From Octopus bimaculoides (Eukaryota), in assembly GCF_001194135.2 (NCBI RefSeq), contig NC_068981.1, positions 97,938,931 through 98,002,930 of the forward strand: a stretch of 64,000 nt of DNA, in the 5' to 3' direction. Below the pieces are notes generated by a model. It was not told the origin of the DNA. It made no database searches and was given only the letters and a program-made list of their open reading frames with translations. Below, piece by piece: positions 52,930-64,000 of this stretch; the stretch's first letter is position 1, and every line of letters starts with the position of its first letter. The translations under genes were made by a program, and so were the position numbers.

Positions 52930-53450
52930 ATTTTTTTCTTATCTAGTAACATGGAATTAAATGTCAGTGTATCTTTATGATCCAGAAGTGAAGCCTAAAT
53001 CCATGGAATGACATCTTGATGGTCTAAGAAGTTTAAGAACCAGTGATTGGCACAGAGACCTATTTGGGGGTGGGGGCATGACAAGGGTGTCATTCTCCTT
53101 GATTTTCTGAAATGTAAATGTACTGTGAACAGCAAGCGGTACTTTGAGAGACACCCAAAAAGCTTAAAGAAATCATTAGGAAGATGAGACCAAACAAAAC
53201 TATCCACCTTTTCTATGAAAATGCATGATCGCACACATCTTTCACAACAAATTAGATAATTGGTAACCTTGGCTGGTTAATGGGCTGCCATCCAGCCTGG
53301 ATTTGGCACTCTTTGACTGCCACCTTTCCAATCCAATGAAGGCCAGTCTTTGGAGACAAGGTGAAGGTGGCAATGAAGAAGTGGGTACGGCAGTGTACAT
53401 CTGATTTTTACCAAAGAGTGTTCAAGAGTTCGATTCAATGAGAGTAAAAA
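52930..53450 (+). mobile_element. mariner transposase remnant (catalytic region)
   Basis: YLYDPEVKPKSME*, KGVILLDFLKCKCTVNS, FYENA*SHTS, DLALFDCHL. Confidence 0.7.
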
Positions 53451-54468
53451 AGCATCACTTGTGATGGAAACCTATTAAATAATGCCTTTGCATAAAAAAA
53501 AAAAGAGTTACTCTAATGACATGAAATTTGAATGACCTATGTCAGTTAATTAAGGTGTTATGCCTACTTTTGCATTACTTTCTGTAGAAAACTTTATATA
53601 TATATAATAGATAGAGCAATATATATATATATGAAGAGATGGAGATGGATACAAAGATATGGTAAGTGAATGAGAGTCAAATTTAGCGTTGCTGTTTGAA
53701 AGGTGGTAGTTAGCTATAATGGAATATTTAATATTGCTCTTTTTACCATATGTCAAATTGTTCAGCAAGAAATTGTTCAACATAAGAATACAATTGGATC
53801 AGATTAAAAATGAAATTTAAGCTTAAATACAGGGGAAATTATTGGATTTTCAAGACTAGTAGCAATTATTTTCTCATCTAATCATGTGTGGAAGAACTAA
53901 GATGGTTTCTAATAGAGGAAATGACAGCAGTTGGAAGTGTGTAACAGAATCACAGTTCATAACATTTCTTTAAATGTTAAAAAGAAAAAAGAAAAACAAA
54001 ATAAAAACCTCATAAAGATATGATATTAAGTAAAAGAATGAAAATTGAATAAAGATGCATGACAAGATGAAGGGAATAAGTTGTCATGTTCTGTAGGCAC
54101 CAGAGACGAAATATGCTTTCAAATGCTTAAAAGAGAGACTGACTTGTAAGACGCAGAAGAAAAAACAATAAAGACTGCATTACCCCTACACACACACACA
54201 CCAGCACTGATAGCCGTCACACTGGTGAATCAATCAAGGTGTCTTTGCATAGCCACTTGACCTCCTGGAAATAGTAACTGAATCTTCTTCAAATCATATT
54301 CTGGTGTGTTATATAAAGATAGGACAGAGATAATAGTGTCCTATGCATTTCTAAGAAGATGGAGGCTTATTTTGCTGAGTGCACTAGACATCATTTGAAC
54401 TTATGATCATAGAATCCCCTCTTCTTGATTCCATTTCCTTGGTCCCAAACATTTAATATCGTTGTCAT

Positions 54469-54856
54469 TGTTGTTGTTGGCACTCCGTCGCTTACGATGT
54501 CGAGGGTTCCAGTTGATCCAATCAACGGAACAGCCTGCTCGTGAAATTAACGTGCAAGTGATTGAGCACTCCACAGACACGTGTACCCTTAACGTAGTTC
54601 TCGGGGTTATTCAGCGTGACACAGTGTAACAAGGCTGGACCTTTGAAATACAGGTACAACAGAAACAGGAAGAAAGAGTGAGAGAAAGTTGTGGTGGAAG
54701 AGTACAGCAGGGTTCGCCACCATCCCCTGCCGGAGCCTTGTGGAGCTTTAGGTGTTTTCGCTCAATAAACACTCACAACGCCCGGTCTGGGAATCGAAAC
54801 CACGATCCTATGACTGCGAGTCCGCTGCCCTAACCACTGGGCCATTGTGCCTCCAC
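54469..54856 (-). mobile_element. SINE family C with 12-bp TSD
   Basis: TSD tatcgttgtcat at 54457-54468 and 54857-54868; a third copy lies at about 47436-47826(-). Confidence 0.92.
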
Positions 54857-54960
54857 TATCGTTGTCATACCTGCTTACATACAGTATTTCCTTAAATACA
54901 AACCTGCATCACCATACTGATTTTAGAAATAGTCATCCTTATCATCGCTATTATTATAGT

Positions 54961-55697
54961 AAGGCAGCAAGCTGGTAGAATCATTAGCACGCCAGGTGAA
55001 ATACTTAGTGGTATTTTGTCTGTCGCTGCATTCTGAGTTCAAATTCCACCAAGGTCGATTTTGCCTTTCGTCTTTTCAGGATCAATGAATTAAGTATCAG
55101 TGACACACTGGGGTAAATGTATTCGACTCGTCCTCTCACCAAAAGGGCTGCCCTTGAGGCAAAATTTAAAACCATTATTATTATTATAGTGAAGGTGTGT
55201 GGCCTTGTGGTTAGGATATTGTACTCACAATGGCATGAGCATAGTTTCAATTCCCAGACCAGCAATGTGTTGTGTTCTTGAACAAAACACTTCATTTCAC
55301 ATTGCTTCCAGTCTACTCAGCTGTGATGGACTGGCATTTCATTTAGGGGAAATACTGGCCCGTCCACTTAGCCAGTGAATGGCATTGTTTGAAAGCTACA
55401 GCAATGCAATGAAGTGCATTGTGACCAGCAATGCATAATAATATCTGATAGTTTGATAAATACAGTGATTATTATTGTTGTTGTTGATATTCTCTATCAT
55501 CCCCCCTTTTCTTGTTAACCTTTGTATACTATATTTTCCTTCCTTTTCACTGTATACCACGTATATTTAACCTTTTTTTATTTTATTTCTTTTATCGTTT
55601 GTATATTTTATTGTTTCATCATACGTAAACTCCCACGCTTTATGTCTGTTTTGTATTGTCCCCATCATCCTTCGCTCTGATAGCAAATAAACAAAAC

Positions 55698-55730
<33 letters not shown>

Positions 55731-56637
55731 GGCAGTGAGCTGGCAGATTCACTAGAATTTCAAGGGGAAAAATGCTTTGCCATATTTGTTCTGGATGTTT
55801 ACACTGAGTTCAAATCCCTCCAAGGCCAGCTTTGCCATTCAACCCACACCATTTCTGGGGTGAATAAAATAAAGTACTACTTAAGTATTGGGGTTGACAG
55901 TATTGACTAAACTCCTTCTCTTCAACCATTGCTGGCCTTGTGCCTAACTTAGAAACTATTTTTATTATTAATAGTAATTATTTCTAAATTAGGCATTAGG
56001 CCATAAATTTGAAGGGGAAGGAGAAACAGTCAATAAAATCAATGAAATTGAAAGGATGAAAAGCAAAGTTGATCTCGGCGGGACTTGAATTCAAGATATA
56101 AAGAGATGGAACATATTACCATAAGGCATTTCCCAATACTCTAATGAACCTACCGAGTTACACAATAATAATAAGGAGGATGATAATAATCCTTTCTAAA
56201 TTTGGCACATGACCAGCAAAATCAATGGGGAAGTTGATTACATCGACTCCAGTGATTAACTGGTTCTGATTTTATTGACTTCAAAAGGATTGAAAGGCAA
56301 AGTCAGCCTTAATAGCAACTGAACTCAAAATGTAAAGAACTGGGGGAAAATGCTGCTAAGCATTTTCTCCAGCAGTGTAACAATTCTGCCAGCTTACCAT
56401 ATTAATAATAATTATAATAATCCTTTCTATTAAAGGTATAAGGCTTGAAATTTTGAGGGCGGGAACCAGTTGATTACATCGGCCCTAGTGTTTCATTGGT
56501 ACTTAATTTGTCGAACCCCGAAAGGATGAAAGGCAAATTCAACCTCAGCGGAATTTGAACTCGGATCATAAAGACAGATGAAATACCACTAAGCATTTCG
56601 CTCAGCATACCAATGATTCTGCCAGCTTGCTGCCTTA
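54961..56637. mobile_element. Cluster of about 6 SINEs (mostly family D, both orientations) separated by (AAT)n tracts
   Basis: Copies at 54961-55173(+), 55190-55330(+, B-like), 55731-55960(+), about 55985-56165(-), about 56190-56400(-), 56420-56637(-). Confidence 0.8.
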
Positions 56638-56673
56638 CTGGGATTATTATTATTATTAATGATGATGATGAAA

Positions 56674-56714
<41 letters not shown>

Positions 56715-56800
56715 AACAACTTGAACTTCTAACTTGTCTCTTGAAGTCTCTGAGTGAGACTTGGAGTCAACTTGTGCAAATACGAAGCAAAAGTCAAACA

Positions 56801-56839
<39 letters not shown>

Positions 56840-56859
56840 TATAATAATAAAAACAACAA

Positions 56860-57420
56860 TAATTGATAAGATAGCAGCATCATCACCTTGGTGTAGATTA
56901 TGTGGAAAATCATCTGCAACAGTTAGACATATAATTAGTGGATGCTCAAAACTAGCCCAAAAGAGTACAAAAAATGCCTTGACAAAGTAGCAGTGTAAAT
57001 ACATTGGTTATGCAAGAAGTATGGGCTAGAGTGTTCCAACGAATGGTATGAGTACCATCTTTGCCAGTAGCAGAGAATGATCAGGTGAAACTCACATAGG
57101 ATATGTCAATATGCACAGACAAAAAGCTGCAACATAACCAACCAATTATCACTCTCCTATGGAAGGAGTCCAAAGAATGGACCTGCATTGAAGTAGCTAT
57201 ACCTGCAGACCAAAACATTGTTAAGACAGAGGACAAGAAATCAAGAAGCACCAAAATCTAGGATTGGAAGTGAAACGAATCCATAACGCCTCAAATGCAA
57301 GCATAGTACATATTGTGATCGGTGCACTTGGGACCATCTCAAAATGAGTAATATTCTGGCATCAAAAGCTACAAATATCAAACTTTTTAGGAAGTATTTA
57401 GATACAGCTTATGTATTGAG
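56860..57420 (+). mobile_element. RLE-type (R4/Dong/NeSL-like) non-LTR retrotransposon 3' fragment
   Basis: CRLCGKSSATVRHIISGCSKLA zinc knuckle, IHWLCKKYG, IEVAIPADQN and IVIGALGTI restriction-like endonuclease motifs. Confidence 0.8.
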
Positions 57421-57627
57421 GAAAGTGTTGCATCTCTATGCTGCAGGATGGAGCTGAGACATGACATAGAGAAATCAGGAGTTAAGTGAATAAAAATAAT
57501 AATAATTTAATTTCTCTAGTACAGAAACGGTGTTAGTCCAAGTCCCATGGAACAATCAAATAGCTCATCATTAACAAGAGGATGACAGATGATGCAACAC
57601 TATGCAAAAAAGATAGAAACTGTCATG

Positions 57628-57965
57628 CTGAGACCCCCTTCGGTCATGACTGACCATGGGATTGCACCTAGAAAGTTACCCTCCCAGGCACAAGTCTGGG
57701 CAAGGTTGTTTATGGAAGACCAGCAGTCGCCCATGCATACCGGCTTCCCCTCTCCATGCCACCAGTGTTATCCAAAGGAAAGGTAAAGGCCGATACAGCT
57801 TGGCACCTGTGACATCGCAACTCATTTCTACAGCTGAGTGAACTGGAACAACGTAAAATAAAGTGTCTTGCTCAAGAACACAACATGCAGCCCGGTCCGG
57901 GGTTCGAACTCACAACCTCATGATTGTAAGCTCGACGCTCTAACCACTGAGCCATGCACCTTCAC
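57628..57965 (-). mobile_element. tRNA-derived SINE family B
   Basis: Head gaaggtgcatggctcagtggttagagcgtcgagc...gagttcgaacccc. Copies at 7960-8293(-), 31665-31977(-), 42228-42540(+), and partial at 21655-21755(-). Confidence 0.85.
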
Positions 57966-58559
57966 TGACATGAGTCTGAATTAATTGCAAGGTAGACTTT
58001 GATTCATGTCTATAAGATCAAAGTGCTGAAAGTGCACTTATTTAATGACATCACAGTGAACTTCTTTAAAGAAATGGCAGACAGTTCTTACTATTTCCAA
58101 CAACAGTATGATGATGGTTATAATTGTAAGCTCCAGCTTCACAAGAGTATTTACTAAGATATTCCATCTGTGAACTTGTTAACCTTGTGTTGGCCAATAA
58201 AAACTAGTTTGGTTCTACAATACAACATAAAAACAAGGGGGTGCAGGGCCAGACACTATACCTTATTCATATATGACTTAAAATTATATACCGCAAATGT
58301 TCCCCCATCTTGAGGGTCTCTTGAGTATTGTTAAGCAATTTAGCAGGGGGCATGGAATTTCCTTGAACTGGGAAAATGCAAAAATATGACAATACAAGGA
58401 AGCAAACTAGTGAGTTGCAAACAAATTATTTAGAGCTCAATTGATGGGAAAGAAAAAAACAAGAGCTCAACAATCCTGCTAACTGTAAATAATTAGGTAG
58501 AGATGAAAGTAAAACTGTGTGGAAGTTGTGCAACTACAAATGATAAAACAGTAGAGCAT

Positions 58560-59229
58560 TCTGGATATCTTACTTAATGTAGATGCTAGATCCAACAATT
58601 TGATACCTCTGTAATTATTTCTATCTAAGGCATCACCTTTACCGTTGTTGCAGTTGACAACGGTGCTGCTACACCAGTCATTAGATATACTTTCTTCATG
58701 AATCACCTGATTTACAATACAAGTGACTAGACCATAACCCACACCGCCAGATACTTTAAGCAACTTAACGGTGATTCACAATGGATGAGGGGCTTTCCTT
58801 TCCCTATCTTCATGTCCTTAATTGCTTTACCTACTAAGGTACTGTCAATCTGGGTAGCTGGTCCCTCAATTTAGTCAACATTTGGCAGACTCTCTTCCTC
58901 CCGTTTGTTCTCTACATTTAGCAGTCTTTCATAATGGCATTTCCAAGCCTCTTCCTTTCCAGAATCACTAAATGCAAGTGCACCATCATCCATAGAGACA
59001 CATTTCTCTCTTATGACATCACAATTTTCTTTCACACACTGTCTTGCAATCTGGAACGCTTCGATTCTTTGGTCTTCAAGGCGCTGAACATAGGCAAACT
59101 TCCTCTTTTCTGCTTCTCCTTTGGCTAGATATCCCATTTCCTAGATTCCCTTCTGTCTAAATGATACAGTTACCTGCTACTCCCACTCTTCCAGGTCTGT
59201 TTCTTTGCTCTAATGGCTCTGTCTACAGC

Positions 59230-59230
<1 letters not shown>
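58560..59230 (-). mobile_element. RTE LINE internal fragment
   Basis: EDQRIEAFQIARQCVKENCDVIREKC..., [18 protein letters not shown]; homologous to 20750-21390. Confidence 0.9.
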
Positions 59231-59292
<62 letters not shown>

Positions 59293-61149
59293 CTTCTCCT
59301 TATTTCTTTCTGTGTTCCTTTCAGTTGAAGAGTGTAGCTCGAAACGTTAAAGACTTTCTCTATTCCCAAGCGTTAAACTAATACATCCATTTGTTGTTTA
59401 CACCATCTGTCCTCGTCTGNNNNNNNNNNNNNNNNNNNNNNNNNNNNNNNNNNNNNNNNNNNNNNNNNNNNNNNNNNNNNNNNNNNNNNNNNNNNNNNNN
59501 NNNNNNNNNNNNNNNNNNNNNNNNNNNNNNNNNNNNNNNNNNNNNNNNNNNNNNNNNNNNNNNNNNNNNNNNNNNNNNNNNNNNNNNNNNNNNNNNNNNN
59601 NNNNNNNNNNNNNNNNNNNNNNNNNNNNNNNNNNNNNNNNNNNNNNNNNNNNNNNNNNNNNNNNNNNNNNNNNNNNNNNNNNNNNNNNGGGTGGGGTGGG
59701 GGGGTGCACGCGTGCAATTTCAACATCTGCTATTTCAAGTTTGCAAGGGTCAGACAAAAATTAATGAAGCAGATTTACTGTGATCAGATTCTCTTACTGT
59801 TTCCAAGTAATGTAATATTCCATCTAGTTCTTTCAAAAATAAACAGTTCTATGGTTAGATATATTTTTTTTGTGAAAAATTATAAACAAATAACACCATT
59901 TGTAAACACAAGCAACTTTGTTTTCGATCAATATGCAAATGACGAAACAAGAGGAAGAGACAGCTACACACTCTTTCTCAGATACACACAAATATATACA
60001 TACATATATACATACACACACATACATATATATATATATATACATATACACATGTGTATATATATACACATATACATACACATATAGACATGTATATATA
60101 TACACATATACATACATATACACATATACATATATATATATACACACACATACATATACACGCATGNNNNNNNNNNNNNNNNNNNNNNNNNNNNNNNNNN
60201 NNNNNNNNNNNNNNNNNNNNNNNNNNNNNNNNNNNNNNNNNNNNNNNNNNNNNNNNNNNNNNNNNNNNNNNNNNNNNNNNNNNNNNNNNNNNNNNNNNNN
60301 NNNNNNNNNNNNNNNNNNNNNNNNNNNNNNNNNNNNNNNNNNNNNNNNNNNNNNNNNNNNNNNNNNNNNNNNNNNNNNNNNNNNNNNNNNNNNNNNNNNN
60401 NNNNNNNNNNNNNNNNNNNNNNNNNNNNNNNNNNNNNNNNNNNNNNNNNNNNNNNNNNNNNNNNNNNNNNNNNNNNNNNNNNNNNNNNNNNNNNNNNNNN
60501 NNNNNNNNNNNNNNNNNNNNNNNNNNNNNNNNNNNNNNNNNNNNNNNNNNNNNNNNNNNNNNNNNNNNNNNNNNNNNNNNNNNNNNNNNNNNNNNNNNNN
60601 NNNNNNNNNNNNNNNNNNNNNNNNNNNNNNNNNNNNNNNNNNNNNNNNNNNNNNNNNNNNNNNNNNNNNNNNNNNNNNNNNNNNNNNNNNNNNNNNNNNN
60701 NNNNNNNNNNNNNNNNNNNNNNNNNNNNNNNNNNNNNNNNNNNNNNGTTATAGCCAAGATGGCAGTTATGGAGCCATTGCAGATTTCCAATGTAGCAGAT
60801 ATGTAATTGTTAAAAAGGACGTCAAACATTAAGGCAAGGCAAACATCTTAAGTCATATACAATATGATTGCAGGAAGAAATTTAAAATCTCACAGCTGTT
60901 TCTGGGATATACTGTCATCAGAGACAAGTTGGGGGGAAAAAATATGGAAAATGAGAATGGTATATATCAATAAGATAACATAGAGGAAAGGAGTAAAAGA
61001 ATAAGGAGATGGAAAGAGAGAAGAAAAAAAGGCATAAAAGCTCATAGTTCAACTTTCTGAAGTTATAGAAACCAAAGCATGAGTCTTTAGTGCAATTCTG
61101 CATATATCCATGTGGGTTGAAGTCCTTATTAAATAGACCTCCCCTAACT

Positions 61150-61300
61150 TGCCTAATAAAAACGGTGGGAGATCTATTCTCTGGTATACACCCCTATTCG
61201 CTTTAAACATTAAGGGCCTCCCTAAAGTTTTCTTTCAAATTGTAGAGTCCAATTTCCCACGTAACCATAAGTACCTTCTATCTTTAATAAATTCCAACTG
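61150..61300 (+). mobile_element. Penelope-like element linker remnant
   Basis: ILWYTPLFALNIK..VFFQIVESNFPRNHKY resembles the PLE WFNPP.S.NV..HFP..H segment. Confidence 0.5.
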
Positions 61301-61614
61301 AATGTATATATATATATATATATATATACATCATCATCGTCTTTAATGTCCACTTCCCATGCTAGCATGAGTTGAATGATTTGACTGAGAACTGGCAAGC
61401 CAGAAGGCTGTATCATGCCCTAATCAGATCTGACAAGCTTTCTACATCTCGATGCCCTTCCTAACGCCAACCACTCCAAGAGTGTAGTGGGAGCTTTTCA
61501 CATTCCACCGGCATGAGGGCCAGTCAGGTGGTACTAGCATCAAGCATACTTGAATGCTGCTTTTTACGTGCCACTGGCACAGGAGCCAGTCAGGTGGCAC
61601 ATATATATATATAT

Positions 61615-61680
<66 letters not shown>

Positions 61681-64000
61681 CATTAGTCAGCAGTAATGGT
61701 GGTGTTGTCTCTTTGCATGGCTGTGTAGTGAAGAAGTTCAGTTTGCAAACCACGTGGAGTCAGGTTCAGTCCCACTGCACAGAGCTATGGGTAAGCATCT
61801 TGTACTATACCACTAGGCCAATCAATACCTTTTAGGTGAATTTGGGAGAGAAAGCCCATGTTTTATGAATGTATGTATGTATGGATGTATGGATGGATAC
61901 CTGTATTTCAAGGAGTTAAGCTTGTCACATTCTGTATCACACTGAATCTCTCTGAGAACCACATTAAAGGCATGAATTTCTGTGGAGTGCAAGTCAACTT
62001 TGCAAGCAGGCCATTCCTCTGATCGGATCAACTGGAACACTCATTACAGTAACCAATGGCATGCCAATTAGTGTGCACGTGCATGTGTGTCTTTGTGTTT
62101 GGCCCACCCAGCATTTGACAACAGCTGTTGGTTTCTTTATATTCCTATACCATAGGGGTTTGTTGAAAGAAACAACTAAATAACAGACTTGAAAAATAAG
62201 TACTGGTGTCAAGGTGTTCAATTAAACCTTTCAAGGCAGTGGCCCAATATGACAGCAGTCTGTGACCGAAACAAAAGATATGAAGTACTGAAGGCCAATT
62301 TCAAAACACTGAACCTTATAAAGGAGATGACAGAGGACCAAGGAATACAGTGCATTGCTGTACTTGAGAAGAACTGCCCACCACAAAAAAATTGAGATCC
62401 TGAAACCAAAGTGCCATGTAAAAAGCATTGGTATGAGTGCTAGCACTGGTAAAAGCACTGGTGCTGGTGCCACATATAAAGCATGGGTTAAGGTGCCACA
62501 TAAAAAGCACCCAGTACACTCTGTAAAGTGGTTGGCATTGGGAAGGGCATCCGTCCATAGAAACCAAGCCAAAACCAACTATGGAACTTGGTGTAGCCCC
62601 TGGCCTTGCCAGTTCCTGTCAAGCCATCCATTCCATGTCTGTTGATGATGGTGATGATATATCCTTATTATATATGCCGAATAGAGTATTGCTCAGTATA
62701 TAGTATTTTGGCTAATAAAGGTGAGTAATGGTTTGGGTGTAGACACAAGTAAGAATATGATGATTTAATCAAACCCCAGGACTTGAAAAGATGCGTATTT
62801 TATTGGGCCTGGAAAAGCAATGATAATGACAATATAAAATCTGTAACAGGCAGAAACATTCAAATAAATAGAACAAAAATTTGGTATATTGCCAAAACAA
62901 CTGTCCTAATTATTACAGAAGAATTTAGAGCAGTCAAAAGAAAAAGAAATATTTTAAATAAGTGACTCACAATTAGTGAGTCCTGGAACATACTATTAAG
63001 AAAAAACTGCATATTATAATGTAACAATCCTACTAATAATAAGTCTATTGTAGGTTAGGGCTACAGAATGACATTGGAGAACATAAATATAGGAGAACAC
63101 GTATTTAAAAGATATAATAACAAGAATGATTTCTAAACTAGATGTCTGTTCATTTATTCTGGGAAGTGGGATGTCATTAATAACCCATTACCTACCAGTG
63201 ATCTCATATGAGATCACTTAAAAATTACAAATTTCGTAATTATCTGTCAATATTTACACATATCTAACCTTTTTACTATATCTACTAAGTATATTTCTCT
63301 GATATTCAAATGAGGTTTGCTAATTTTTCACCCAATATCTCGCTTATTTCTATTTAAAATGTTATTTTGATCATTCCAACGTGTTTCTAAGGCTGTTTTA
63401 TGCTAGAAATCAAAGTTTCATAAAAAAATTCCAGTTAATAGAATTATGGGAGGTAATGGGTTAATCAAACCAACTCCAGTACATGGTTGTCTCTCTTTTC
63501 CTTTTTCTTTCTGTCTAACTTTTGTACATGTATTTACAGGATAGCTTGCATAAGAGCTTCACAGAAACAGGCCTTCTGCTCGTCTGTCAATCTTACTTTT
63601 ACTTGTGGAACATAGAGAGCATACAAATGGTCATGTTGAGAAGTAATGTTTTTTTATAAATTTAATTATCATATTAATCTCATTTTCTTAATTAGTACTC
63701 ACTTCCCTGCCAAAAGTCTATTTCCACAATTCAATGCAGAGTTTTAACACTTAAAAGTTAGATCTTTTTTTTACTTTCACTGGCTTTGGTCACTGAAATG
63801 TGGCTATGCTGGGGAACCAATCAGTGATTCTAATCATCATTTTAATGTCCCCTTTTCCATACTAGCATGGATTGGACAGAATTTCTTGAGGCAGGTTTTC
63901 TATGGACAAATGCTCTTCCCGTCACCAATTCTCACCTGCTTCCAAGCAAGGTAATATTTCCCCATGGCTAGACATACTCTCACAGAATATTGAAATGAAT

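Noticed and set aside
59833-60165. YI/VC/HT-repeat ORFs here and at many other sites (e.g. 17293-17508, 42437-42828, 56729-57004)
   Set aside because: Translations of (TA)n, (CA)n, (AAT)n and (GAT)n microsatellites
63586-63640. Minus-strand CSTSK|GTAAG as a candidate for the missing upstream SPPL3 exon
   Set aside because: Wrong phase (1 instead of 2), upstream in-frame TGA, and no LPMCQY-like sequence

Overview
AT-rich, repeat-dense animal genomic scaffold with N gaps. The SINE, RTE and microsatellite complement is what I recognise as typical of an octopod cephalopod; this is an inference, not a database hit. One host gene is supported: the 3' two-thirds of signal peptide peptidase-like 3 (SPPL3) on the minus strand. 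I assembled 8 coding exons (39656 down to 14074, all GT-AG, phases consistent, about 250 aa) carrying the YD, GLGD and QPALL motifs. The 5' exons were not found and lie beyond 64000 or in gaps. The rest is mostly transposon debris: a full-length dead mariner with TIRs and TA TSD, Tc1, hAT and piggyBac-type MITEs, RTE, RLE-type and Penelope-like retroelements, at least four tRNA/Nin-type SINE families, a 39-bp dimeric minisatellite and many microsatellites. The most interesting observations are hammerhead-ribozyme-like motifs in Penelope-type terminal repeats, a 46-nt exon carrying the catalytic GLGD that is bracketed by inverted SINEs, two introns absent from human SPPL3 as I recall it, a duplicated stop-codon cassette, and long intronic hairpins. 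No new multi-gene system is evident.
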